Positions 1 through 7,869 of a stretch of DNA of 29,501 bases are shown here, piece by piece (position 1 is the first letter of the stretch; every line of letters starts with the position of its first letter). A model generated the notes under the pieces. The model was not told the origin of the DNA. It worked only from the letters and a program-made list of their open reading frames with translations, and did no database searches. The DNA lies in IMG/VR virus record IMGVR_UViG_3300037462_000657, positions 1-29,501 of that record. One strand, 5' to 3'. Source of the stretch: a virus (lineage: Duplodnaviria > Caudoviricetes). The position numbers and the translations under genes were made by a program.

Positions 1-228
1 CTGCCGACCGACACCCGGCTCACGCATCTGCGGACGGTGGACGCCCCTGCCGTCGTTGCCGAGGTGAGGCAACTGCCGACCGACACCCGGCTCACGCATC
101 TGCGGACGGTGGACGCCCATGCCGTCATCGCTGACGTGAGGCAACTGCCGACCGACACCCGGCTCACGCAGACCGGCGTGGTTGACGCCCATGCCGTTAT
201 CGCTGACGTGAGGCAACTGCCGACCGAC
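1..228. repeat. 72-bp coding tandem repeat (at least 3.2 copies) inside the methyltransferase
   Basis: Units begin CTGCCGACCGAC at 1, 73, 145 and 217. On the minus strand they encode GVGRQLPH(V/L)xxxGxGVxxxxxREP. Confidence 0.95.
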
Positions 229-720
229 GCCGCGGCTGCCCTTGCGCTTCTCGATCCGCCCGTCAGCGCCCACGATCCACGGACCTTCGCCGGAGCACCA
301 GCCGCCACCGATCCAGGCGGACTGTCCCCACAGCCACCACCCGGCCATGCGGATGTCGTGAAAGTCAGGGTCGCCCATCAGGTGCTCGAGCTGGCGTTCC
401 TCGCGCCAGCGCAAGAGCGCCAGGTGCCGCGCGTGCAGGTCCGCCTCGCACACCGGCCAGGACGCCGCCTCGACCACGCCGTCCGGGTCCGCAGCGATGG
501 CGCGCCAGGCGTTGCAGAGCAGGCCATCGAGGTCGTTGACGGTCTCGGAGTAGTAGGTCCGGTTGCACGGGTGCGGGCGGCGCAGCAGGACGGCAAGGCT
601 CCCGGCGAACGGCTCGCAGTAGTGGTCCACGTCGCCAAGCGCCTCCCACACCGCGGGGGCCGCGTCGGCCTTGCCCCCGAACCACGGGAACGGCGTCTTG
701 CGCAGGTCGATCAAAGTCAT
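1..720 (-). CDS. DNA adenine methyltransferase, Dam/D12 class (runs off window edge)
   Basis: Missing from the ORF track because no stop is in the window. ATG at 720 overlaps the upstream TGA (ATGA). Translation MTLIDLRKTPFPWFGGKADAAPAVWEALGDVDHYCEPFAGSLAV...ETVNDLDG shows motif X (PWFGGK), motif I (EPFAGS) and motif II (NDLD). Catalytic DPPY lies outside the window. Confidence 0.9.
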   Translation of the reverse strand, partial: MTLIDLRKTPFPWFGGKADAAPAVWEALGDVDHYCEPFAGSLAVLLRRPHPCNRTYYSETVNDLDGLLCNAWRAIAADPDGVVEAASWPVCEADLHARHLALLRWREERQLEHLMGDPDFHDIRMAGWWLWGQSAWIGGGWCSGEGPWIVGADGRIEKRKGSRGVGRQLPHVSDNGMGVNHAGLREPGVGRQLPHVSDDGMGVHRPQMREPGVGRQLPHLGNDGRGVHRPQMREPGVGRQ

Positions 721-1013
721 GATCTGGAGCTCCCGGAGAGAAGTCGAGCGCGCCGCTGGTGGTCGTTTTTCATCTGCCGAGCGCGCTCCTTGCGGCAGGG
801 CGGGCACCGCTCGGCGAGGCGGCCCCGCTGGGCGTGCGGGGAGATCCGGTAGGTGGCCCCGCAGTCGGGGCAGGTGAGGGCGCGGGCCTGTCGCTGGGCC
901 TGGTGGCGGTCGGTCTCGATCTGGTGGGCCGCGTCGCGGGCGCACCGTTCGGAGCACCACCGACGGCGCGGGGGCGCGATCTCCGCGGGGCAATCGGGGT
1001 GGCTGCACTTCAC
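717..1013 (-). CDS. Small Cys-rich (zinc-finger) protein
   Basis: CSHPDC, CSERC, CPDC and CPPC pairs. 4-bp overlaps with both neighbours. Confidence 0.8.
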   Translation of the reverse strand: MKCSHPDCPAEIAPPRRRWCSERCARDAAHQIETDRHQAQRQARALTCPDCGATYRISPHAQRGRLAERCPPCRKERARQMKNDHQRRARLLSGSSRS

Positions 1014-1261
1014 GGCTTGCCTCCGAGGCGCCAGCCATCGCCCTCCGCGTCGTGCTCAACCAGGCCCCGGGCCAGTAGCCGGGCGAGCGCCGCTTCCACC
1101 TGCGCTTCGGAGGGCTCGCGCGACGGTGAGCCGTACCAGGCGACGTACTTGGTCAGGGTAGGGAGATCGAACCACATCTGACCGCAGCGCAGCTGAGAGA
1201 GCACCTCTGCCTCAAGCTCTCCGTCCCCCAGCTCAGCCGTGAATAGTGCCTGCTGGATCAC
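1010..1261 (-). CDS. Hypothetical protein, possible winged-helix
   Basis: Coupled overlaps. C-terminus VEAALARLLARGLVEHDAEGDGWRL resembles a wHTH wing. Confidence 0.7.
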   Translation of the reverse strand: MIQQALFTAELGDGELEAEVLSQLRCGQMWFDLPTLTKYVAWYGSPSREPSEAQVEAALARLLARGLVEHDAEGDGWRLGGKP

Positions 1262-1497
1262 CGCTCACCTCCGAAGAGAGGGCCGAGATCCTCCGACACC
1301 GGCAGCTCTCCGCGCTCCTTCGCGCGGCGCTGCTCCTCGCGGCGGCATGCGGTGCGCCACGCCTTGTACGGCCAGTGGGATCGAGGCCCCCAGGGGTACC
1401 CCTCCCGGAGCGCCTTCCGCAGCTCCCCCACCGTGGCGCGCGGGTGCTGGGCGGCGATCTCGGCGACTAGCCTGCGGGCCTCGGCGCTCCAGTCCAT
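1258..1497 (-). CDS. Hypothetical phage protein (79 aa, YPWGPRSHWPYKAW motif)
   Basis: ATG at 1497 with GGGAGG upstream. MDWSAEARRLVAEIAAQHP... is the credible part of track ORF 1258..2112. Confidence 0.8.
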   Translation of the reverse strand: MDWSAEARRLVAEIAAQHPRATVGELRKALREGYPWGPRSHWPYKAWRTACRREEQRRAKERGELPVSEDLGPLFGGER

Positions 1498-1865
1498 AAG
1501 GCTCGCCTCCCTTCGAGCGCCGTGCGGAGCAGGCCCGCGGGGCTGGCGATCCGGCGGTCGCTGCGAAGCGCACCGATTCCCCGGTACAGGTGCGCCCGGA
1601 GGGCCTGCGGAGCATCGGTCCCGTGGCGCTCGACCACACAAGCCCAGTAGATCGGCGCGTACCTGCCCCCGAGGGTGGCCCAGCTGATCTCCAGCTCGCC
1701 CCCGGGGAGCGCGTGCGAGGGGGGCGGAGAGGGCTCCGCCAGCGACAGGGCCAGGGCCCAGCGGCAAGGAAGGGCGTAGGTGAGGGCGCCGGTCTTCTGG
1801 CGGATCCAGAGGAGCCAGGCCCGCTCCTGGGCGGAGAGGCGCAGGGTGGCGGGGGGCGCGATCAT
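1497..1865 (-). CDS. dndE: DndE-family (DNA phosphorothioation) DNA-binding protein homologue
   Basis: LRLSAQERAWLLWIRQKTG...PCRWALALSLAEPSPPP...EISWATLGGRYAPIY...LRAHLYRGIGAL follows the DndE pattern (RLS..K.KTG, CRWA..LSLAEP.PP, W.T.GG, HL.RGIG.L). ATG at 1865 is an ATGA overlap. End drawn at TTA 1499-1497; the standard code extends to TAG at 1467. Confidence 0.82.
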
Positions 1866-2314
1866 GCGGCCCCCAGGGCCAGCGCGGCATCGCAGCGGCG
1901 AAGGCGGCAGTAGGCCAGCCTGCCCTCGTGGGCGAGGGGACCCCCGCAGGCGGGGCACACGGGCGCGGGAGCAGGTCGGCGCCGGGTGCGCTGGTCGTGG
2001 CAGGCGTGCCGCGGGCAGTAGCAGGGGCGTGCTCCCACGGGGGGCGCGGGGGCGACCGGCTGATCGCACCCCCGGCGGCGACACGTTCGGCGCTCCGGGA
2101 GAGGCTGGGCAAACAGCCTCACCAGGGCCTCCCGGGTATCAGGCGAGACGCGGCCCCCGGTGTGCGCCCTCCGCAGCACGGAGTGCCCCGACAGGCCCGC
2201 GCGGGCCGCTACGGGCTGTAGCCCGATGGCCTCGACCCAGGCGGCGAGCTGGGCCCGCTCCCCGGGGGTGAGCGGGGCGCAGTCCTTCCAGCGGTGATTT
2301 TCAATCGTGATCAC
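1862..2314 (-). CDS. HTH-like plus Cys-rich zinc-ribbon protein
   Basis: GTG at 2314 (GTGA overlap). VAARAGLSGHSVLRRAHTGGRVS is HTH-like, followed by CRRRGC, CYCPRHAC, CPAC and CRLRRC. Confidence 0.7.
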   Translation of the reverse strand: MITIENHRWKDCAPLTPGERAQLAAWVEAIGLQPVAARAGLSGHSVLRRAHTGGRVSPDTREALVRLFAQPLPERRTCRRRGCDQPVAPAPPVGARPCYCPRHACHDQRTRRRPAPAPVCPACGGPLAHEGRLAYCRLRRCDAALALGAA

Positions 2315-3210
2315 GATCGCCTCCCCCGGGCCTGGTAGTGGCTCGGCTCGGGGCGCTCGATCTCGCCCCTCCTGGTCATCTGCGACAGGATCGATCCCAC
2401 CGTCGCTCTCCCCGACCCGATCCGATCGGCGATCTCGGCAGTAGGGAGCGCTCCCTTGTGCTCCGCCAAGAGGGCGAGGATCTTCTCTCGAATCGTCGCC
2501 GCCGGGGGCTGCCCGAGGGCTCGATCGCCAGCCTCGCGGGCGCTGGCCTCCAGTTGGGCGGAGCGGGCGCGGAGGTCGCGGGCGGTGTCCAGATCCCTTT
2601 TTGCAGCGCAGAGGGCGCGCCAGTCGGCGAGGGGGAGATCGAGAATCGCCCTCGCCAGCTCCCGAGGGCCGAGGGCGACAGGGGTGGGGGCAGCCTCGGC
2701 GGCGAGGGCGCGGCGCTGCCACTCGGCCCCGGAGGCGAGGGCGCGGCCAAGCTGCTCCCGGAGAGAGTCGCGCTCGGCGGCGAGGGCGTCTCGCTCGGCG
2801 CCGACTCGGGCGAGCTGGCGGCTCGCGTCGAGGAGGGCGTTCTCCTCCTTCGTCAAGGTCGCCCGGACGATCTGCTCCGGAGTAGGGGCCGGGGCCGGGG
2901 CGGGCGGGGGCGGCCTCACCGCTCGCACCGCGCTCACCGGGGGCGGGGTGGGAGAGGGCGAGGGCTCGACCGGCGGGGCCTCGGGGGCGCGCTGGACGGG
3001 GCGGTAGATCGCGGTGCCATCGGGGCGCTCCTCGCGCGAGGCGAGGCCCTCCGCCACCAGGGCGAGGGCGACCGTCTCGGCGGTCGAGGGGCCGATCGGA
3101 GGGCGCTGCCGCCGGGCCCACGCGAGGAGGGACGCCTCGCCCATGGCGGGGCGATCCTGGAGGGTTGTGAGCAGGGAGGCCCGAAGGGCGGCGCGGTCGG
3201 AGGGCTTCAC
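2311..3210 (-). CDS. Protein with Pro-rich linker, coiled coil and C-terminal winged HTH
   Basis: Heptad region AERDALAAERDSLREQL. C-terminus TAEIADRIGSGRATVGSILSQMTRRGEIER. Coupled overlaps. Confidence 0.78.
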   Translation of the reverse strand: MKPSDRAALRASLLTTLQDRPAMGEASLLAWARRQRPPIGPSTAETVALALVAEGLASREERPDGTAIYRPVQRAPEAPPVEPSPSPTPPPVSAVRAVRPPPPAPAPAPTPEQIVRATLTKEENALLDASRQLARVGAERDALAAERDSLREQLGRALASGAEWQRRALAAEAAPTPVALGPRELARAILDLPLADWRALCAAKRDLDTARDLRARSAQLEASAREAGDRALGQPPAATIREKILALLAEHKGALPTAEIADRIGSGRATVGSILSQMTRRGEIERPEPSHYQARGRRS

Positions 3211-3710
3211 GGCGCTCCTCCGGGCAGGGGTACCACCGGCACGGTGGCGCGTATCAGATCGGCGAGGGCGCGGAGGTGAGCCTCGGCGTCGCTGGCCCAG
3301 TCGGCCGTCTCAGAGGCGGCGTTGTGGCAATTGTTGGCGTTGTTACGTACGCGCAAGGCTGCTACCGCAGCGCTTTCGGCCGCGTCGTCGGCGTTTACAG
3401 CAATCGTGAACGCCTCTCCCCGTCGATCCTCGCCGCCCAGGGCCCACGCTTCGATCAGGTCGAGGGCATGGGCGCCCGGTTCGGACAGACGTGGGTCCGT
3501 TCGGGCACATCGGCACGCGACCAGCACCGCGCGACGGTGCTCGGGCGAGCCGTCGCCGGCCATCTCGGCCAGCCTGCCCAGGCACCAGGCCATCCAATGC
3601 CCATCGGTGCAGGCATCCCAGGCGGATTGGGGGTCGGGGTAGTCCTCGGCCCAGCACAGGGCGTCGTCGCACGCGCCAGCCTCGCGGAGAAGTTCGAGGG
3701 TCGTGGTCAT
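3207..3710 (-). CDS. Hypothetical phage protein (167 aa, ACxxAxxW...AWxxCxxGxWMxW type)
   Basis: ATG at 3710 (ATGA overlap). MTTTLELLREAGACDDALCWAEDYPDPQSAWDACTDGHWMAWCL. Confidence 0.78.
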   Translation of the reverse strand: MTTTLELLREAGACDDALCWAEDYPDPQSAWDACTDGHWMAWCLGRLAEMAGDGSPEHRRAVLVACRCARTDPRLSEPGAHALDLIEAWALGGEDRRGEAFTIAVNADDAAESAAVAALRVRNNANNCHNAASETADWASDAEAHLRALADLIRATVPVVPLPGGAP

Positions 3711-3919
3711 GATAGCACCCGTGGCTCGTCGAGCATCGTCGCGGCGAGGGCGAGGGCGGTCTCCAACCGGAGCCGCTCCAGGGAACTGGGGCGGCGCTGG
3801 AGGAGGCGCAGCGCCCCCTTGCGGAGGCACCGGACGGCGGCTGCTCGGTCGGCCACCGGGATTTGCCCGTGCTCGATCTGCACGAGCACGCGGAGGGGGT
3901 CGGGGGGCGTGGGGATCAC
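3707..3919 (-). CDS. Hypothetical protein (70 aa)
   Basis: Fits between neighbours with 4-bp overlaps. GGAGG upstream. Confidence 0.65.
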   Translation of the reverse strand: MIPTPPDPLRVLVQIEHGQIPVADRAAAVRCLRKGALRLLQRRPSSLERLRLETALALAATMLDEPRVLS

Positions 3920-4179
3920 GGCTTCGCCTCCACGAGGGCGCGGAGACGGTCACGTACCTGGTACGCGGCGTCCCAGGTGCTCAGGGTGCCATCGACCGTG
4001 AGGTATTCCCGGGCCGCGTCACGTAGGGCGTCGCGCTCGGCACGGAGGGCGTCGCGCTCGGCTTCGACCTGGGCGAGGGTGGCGAGAAGGTGGTGGACCC
4101 GGACATCTAGATCGATCTTGGTGGCAAGGCGACGGAGCCAGGCCAGGTCTTCGGTGGTGTAGGGGGCGTAAGCCATCAC
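3916..4179 (-). CDS. Hypothetical coiled-coil protein (87 aa)
   Basis: 4-bp overlaps. Contains an AERDALR tandem duplication. Confidence 0.7.
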   Translation of the reverse strand: MMAYAPYTTEDLAWLRRLATKIDLDVRVHHLLATLAQVEAERDALRAERDALRDAAREYLTVDGTLSTWDAAYQVRDRLRALVEAKP

Positions 4180-4415
4180 GCCACCCCTCCACGGGCCAGC
4201 CGGCGACGGAGGCGGCGGCGGCGCTTGGGGCCGATGTCCTGGCGGGCGAGGTCGGCGACGGCCTGGCTCAGGCTCATGGCGTGCCGGTCCGTGCGGAAGG
4301 CCGGGTCAGGCGGTGGGCGGCGCACCGGCTCCCGGAGGAGGGCGGCGTCCTGCGCGGTCTCGAACGTGGCGAGGAGGCTCGCCGTGGCGGCGAGGATGAC
4401 TTTCGTGTTGTTCAT
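4176..4415 (-). CDS. Hypothetical protein with Arg-rich C-terminus (79 aa)
   Basis: GGAGG then ATG at 4415. MNNTKVILAATASLL...PKRRRRLRRRLARGGVA. Confidence 0.7.
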   Translation of the reverse strand: MNNTKVILAATASLLATFETAQDAALLREPVRRPPPDPAFRTDRHAMSLSQAVADLARQDIGPKRRRRLRRRLARGGVA

Positions 4416-4498
4416 AGGGATCCTCCATAGGTGGCCGTCGTCGGCCTCGTGCTGCCGTCCTTGCGTGGGAGAGCGGCAACCCGCGACCGGCGAGGGTG

Positions 4499-4894
4499 TC
4501 AGACGGGCTTGTCGGCTTCGTCCAGGCGAGCGCTCGTCTTGGTGGCGATGACTCGGAAGATCCTGTGCAGGTCCGCCGGGATGTCGCTCCAGGTGAGGGC
4601 CTTGCGGTACGCGATCACACGAGGCTTCTCGCCCTCGCGGGCGTACTCCCGCATGTCCCCTCCGGCGAGCACCCACGCGGTCACGTCCCCGGCGAGCTGA
4701 AGAGTCCACTTGCTGTGCGACCACTTCCCGTTCTTCACGTAATCGTTTCGCAGCACCCGCACGGTCCCGGGGATTGAGTCCCCGGTGAACCGGACAACAG
4801 CCTCTCCTTGCTGGAGCCACAACAGAGGGCGCTCGCGGTTGCTCGCTCCGCCGTTCCCTGCCCACACAAGCTCATCGCTAAAATTGATCTGCAT
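4499..4894 (-). CDS. Hypothetical protein (131 aa)
   Basis: GGAAGGA then ATG at 4894. MQINFSDELVWAGNGG...KNGKWSHSKW has globular composition. Confidence 0.8.
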   Translation of the reverse strand: MQINFSDELVWAGNGGASNRERPLLWLQQGEAVVRFTGDSIPGTVRVLRNDYVKNGKWSHSKWTLQLAGDVTAWVLAGGDMREYAREGEKPRVIAYRKALTWSDIPADLHRIFRVIATKTSARLDEADKPV

Positions 4895-4976
4895 GATCGT
4901 GTCCTTCCTGGCCGTCGTTGGCCCGGCGCTGCCCCCGAGGCGAGGGCAGGGCGAGGCCCCCGAGGGGGCGAGAGGG

Positions 4977-5456
4977 TAAGAACGGAGCGTCCTGGTCGAG
5001 CGGCACGGGGTCCGGGGCGCGGCGCGCGCCACGAGCGGCCTTGGCTGCGCGGAAGGCGTCGCGGATGCTCGCGGCGGTGCCCGCGTCGACGGGCTTCGCC
5101 TCGCTGATCTCGTTGATGTACGCGACCCGCACCTGGACACGCTCGCGCCACTCCTCGTGGCGGATCACGATCTGGACGGGGCGCAGCTTCCCGGGGAGCT
5201 GGTCGGCGTGCTTCGCGCGGGCGAAATCCACCAGCGGGTCTTCGCCGTCGTAGCCGAGTGCGGCCAGGTCGGTGCTCACGCGGTCCACCGTCTTCTCGGT
5301 GAGCCAGCCGTACCAGTCGACGACCCGGCCCGTGTACTCGCCTTCGAGGATCTTGAGACCGAGCTTCACGAACGGGGTGCTCTTCGCGGCGGAGAGCCCA
5401 GTGCTCCAGTCGTGAACAATCGCCTTGCAACGGCCTTCGGGGATGATGTTTTCCAT
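4977..5456 (-). CDS. DUF669-like phage single-stranded DNA-binding protein
   Basis: MENIIPEGRCKAIV...LKILEGEYTGR..., adjacent to the AAA_24 ATPase, with acidic SSB-type tail DQDAPF. End drawn at TTA 4979-4977; the standard code extends 33 aa to TAG at 4878. Confidence 0.8.
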
Positions 5457-5473
5457 GATGTTTTTCCTTTCTT

Positions 5474-6352
5474 TCAGTTGTTCAGGGTGGTCTTGATGCG
5501 AGCCAGCACGCCCACGAGGGCGGCGGCGTTGGACGCGTGCTCGTCGCGGGCAGCGCGGGCCTTGGCGCGCTTGTCCTCGGGGAGCTGGTCGAGGAGCTGG
5601 TCGATCTCGGCCAGCAGGGCAGGGGCGCCGCGCACGTGCCCCCAGAGCGCAGCCCAGGAGAGCGGGAGCACCGGCGGGAGGCCGTGGCGGTTCTTCGCCA
5701 CGTGCCCTGCGGTCCACTCGGTATGCAGCACCCGCTGGCCGGTGCTGACGCCGCGCAAGCGGGGGCCGTCCTTGCGGGCCATCGCCTCGTGGGTGGCGTA
5801 GAGCACGGCGTCGCACCACTCGCAGATCAGGTCCGCTGCGGCCTGGTGGAGCTTGGGCGACCAGCGCTTCCAGCTGTCGAGCTCGGGGTCGCGGTGGTCG
5901 CGGGCGACGGCGTGGCCGAGAAGGATGACGTGCATCCCGCGCTTCGCCTGAAGCTGCTCCAGACGCGCCAGGAAGAGGCGCCAGGCGTCAACGGCGGCAA
6001 CGTATCCTTTGCCGTAGCCGAAGGCTTCGATATCGGGCTTCCCGGCGGCCTTGCACACGTGCGCCCAGCACAGCGGCTCCAGCCAGTCGATCGTGTCGAT
6101 CACCAGCGTCTTGAACGGGTGATCTTCCCGGGTGAGGGCGTCGACGGCCGCAAGCACGTCGGTCCAGTTCTCCGGGGTCGGGAACCGCTGCACGTCCAGG
6201 TGAGCCACGCCGTCCTCGGCGCAGAGGAACACGGGGGCCGGGGCATGGGCGCCGAGGGTGCTCTTGCCTACCCCGGCGTTGCCGTAGACGAGCGCGCGAA
6301 GCGGCCTGTCGGCGCGGCGAGAGGAAGAGATGGATGAAAGACTCAATCGCAC
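5474..6352 (-). CDS. AAA_24-family ATPase (Sak4-like recombination protein)
   Basis: Walker A YGNAGVGKST, Walker B TLVIDTIDW, GYGKGY and AKNR motifs. Start is GTG 6352 or TTG 6346. Confidence 0.9.
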   Translation of the reverse strand: MRLSLSSISSSRRADRPLRALVYGNAGVGKSTLGAHAPAPVFLCAEDGVAHLDVQRFPTPENWTDVLAAVDALTREDHPFKTLVIDTIDWLEPLCWAHVCKAAGKPDIEAFGYGKGYVAAVDAWRLFLARLEQLQAKRGMHVILLGHAVARDHRDPELDSWKRWSPKLHQAAADLICEWCDAVLYATHEAMARKDGPRLRGVSTGQRVLHTEWTAGHVAKNRHGLPPVLPLSWAALWGHVRGAPALLAEIDQLLDQLPEDKRAKARAARDEHASNAAALVGVLARIKTTLNN

Positions 6353-6525
6353 GGGGGGCTCACTTTCTGCCGCAGACGGGCAACGACCTCGCGCTCGAGC
6401 GCGGTGATCTCGGCCTGCCGCTGGTCGATGAAATCGGGGTCTCCAGACCCGCACATATCGCGGGCCATCTCGAAAACCTCTCTCAAATCCTTGAGGATGG
6501 GGCGCAGGCCCCGGCGTTTGTTCAT
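6343..6525 (-). CDS. Hypothetical protein (60 aa)
   Basis: ATG at 6525 overlaps the nuclease stop (ATGA). Confidence 0.6.
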   Translation of the reverse strand: MNKRRGLRPILKDLREVFEMARDMCGSGDPDFIDQRQAEITALEREVVARLRQKVSPPCD

Positions 6526-7400
6526 GGGGTGTTCAGCTCCGGGTGGGGGTCGGTCTGGACGAAAGAAGAAGCGCTGCGCTGGCCGGTGCAGAGGCCGAAG
6601 TAGGCGCAGGGGCGGGACCACCGGACGCAGGCGTCGCTGTTGCGAGGCCAGCGGCCCGACAGTTCGCTCTCACGGATGGCGCGAGCGGTGGCCCAGGCGT
6701 CGGCCATGGCGTCGTCAATCTCGCGGGTGAGAATCGGTAGCTCGACCTGCGCGTAATAGCGCTCGGGGTGGTCGGTCACTTCGGCGAAGCAACGCTCCTG
6801 GAAGTCCTCGGCGCGCTCGCCCTTCTTCGGGCGAAGCTTCGGCTTCGCGAGCACGTCGTAGAGCACGCCGTCGCAGCGGTGGCCCAGGCTCTCGACGCCG
6901 CGCAGGTAGATCGGGATCTGGGTGTCGATCCGCAGCCGCTGCCAGTAGGGCGACCCGGGGGCGATGTCCTCGCTGGTGGTCTTGTGCTCGACCAGCAGGG
7001 TGCGTCCGCCGAGCACCGTGAGCGCATCGATCTTGCCGGCAAGCTCGAAGGTGCGCGAGTCGGCCCCCGTGGCGGGGTTGGTGAGGGCGCAGCGAAACTC
7101 TTTCTCGACCAGCAGCACGGACCCCGCGGGCTTGCGCCAGTGCGCGACATAGCCGGCAAAGAGGGCGGATGCGCGGGCAAGCTCGAACGGATCGTCAAGG
7201 CCGTTGATCGCTTCGATGGCCTCGGCGAGAGGAAAGCCGGCCCACCAGCAGGCAAGCGCCTGATGAATCGCGGTGCCGAAGCGCAGGGGCGCCGCGTCCG
7301 GCTCGACGGAGCGCAGCCCCTGGCGGTAGGCCAGGGTGTGCTCGCGGGCGCACCTGCGGTAGGTCCGCAGCTCGCTCTGGGTGAGGATCGGGAGCTTCAC
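6522..7400 (-). CDS. PD-(D/E)XK (RecB/Cas4-like) exonuclease
   Basis: N-terminal RCAR, FGTAIH, VEKEF, GKID, VEHKT, Q..IY and C-terminal C..(x)..C.Y..LC Fe-S-type ligands. Confidence 0.9.
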   Translation of the reverse strand: MKLPILTQSELRTYRRCAREHTLAYRQGLRSVEPDAAPLRFGTAIHQALACWWAGFPLAEAIEAINGLDDPFELARASALFAGYVAHWRKPAGSVLLVEKEFRCALTNPATGADSRTFELAGKIDALTVLGGRTLLVEHKTTSEDIAPGSPYWQRLRIDTQIPIYLRGVESLGHRCDGVLYDVLAKPKLRPKKGERAEDFQERCFAEVTDHPERYYAQVELPILTREIDDAMADAWATARAIRESELSGRWPRNSDACVRWSRPCAYFGLCTGQRSASSFVQTDPHPELNTP

Positions 7401-7708
7401 GCCGCCACCTCGCGCAGCAGGGCGATCCCTTCGGCGGAGAGCTCGGCGCGGTGCTGGAGCAAGAGGAGCGCACGCTCGCAGGCGACGCCGGCAGCGGCCA
7501 CGGCGGGCTCGTCCTCGCCGGCCAGCTTGCTGGCGACGATCAGGGCCTTGATCGCCGTCTCGACGAAGGCGATGCTACGCTGGCGGGCTGCCTGCCGGTC
7601 CAGGGCTTCCGCAAGGTCTGTCGCCGAAACGCGACGGACGGGGGCATCGGTTTGATCGTGGGCCCGGCAGGGGTCGCCGGCGCAGTGGGTGCAGGTCCTT
7701 GGCTTCAT
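7397..7708 (-). CDS. Hypothetical protein, first gene of the leftward operon (103 aa)
   Basis: ATG at 7708 lies just downstream of the putative promoter. CTHCAGDPCRAH at the N-terminus. GTGA overlap with the nuclease. Confidence 0.65.
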   Translation of the reverse strand: MKPRTCTHCAGDPCRAHDQTDAPVRRVSATDLAEALDRQAARQRSIAFVETAIKALIVASKLAGEDEPAVAAAGVACERALLLLQHRAELSAEGIALLREVAA

Positions 7709-7869
7709 GGGATACAAGTATAAGCGTACTTGTGGGCCGGTCAACAACTTTCTACAAGCACGCTTGTAGATTCCCTCCTTACGCTAGGATCCATGCGGTA
7801 CGCGGCGGTTGGGCTACATGCGCTTCCTTTCGGGTTGACCAGGTACAACCATAAGCGTACTTATAGACC
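7709..7869. promoter_or_regulatory. Divergent promoter/operator region
   Basis: Relatively AT-rich. Leftward TTGACC(7744-7739)-16 bp-TATACT(7722-7717). Rightward TTGACC (7835-7840) with a weaker -10. Three 16-bp quasi-palindromes: TATAAGCGTACTTGTG (7719), TACAAGCACGCTTGTA (7753), CATAAGCGTACTTATA (7850). Confidence 0.8.

Noticed and set aside
1-228. Possible CRISPR array
   Set aside because: Units are near-identical over the whole 72 bp, have no unique spacers, and are in frame within the methyltransferase.
37-852. 271-aa plus-strand ORF
   Set aside because: Antisense shadow of the minus-strand methyltransferase, which has clear motifs.
3320-3410. DGR template or variable repeat
   Set aside because: AAC-rich, but no second copy and no reverse transcriptase in the window.
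6522-7400. Cas4 as part of a CRISPR-Cas system
   Set aside because: No other cas genes or array. Context (ATPase plus SSB) is a standard phage recombination module.
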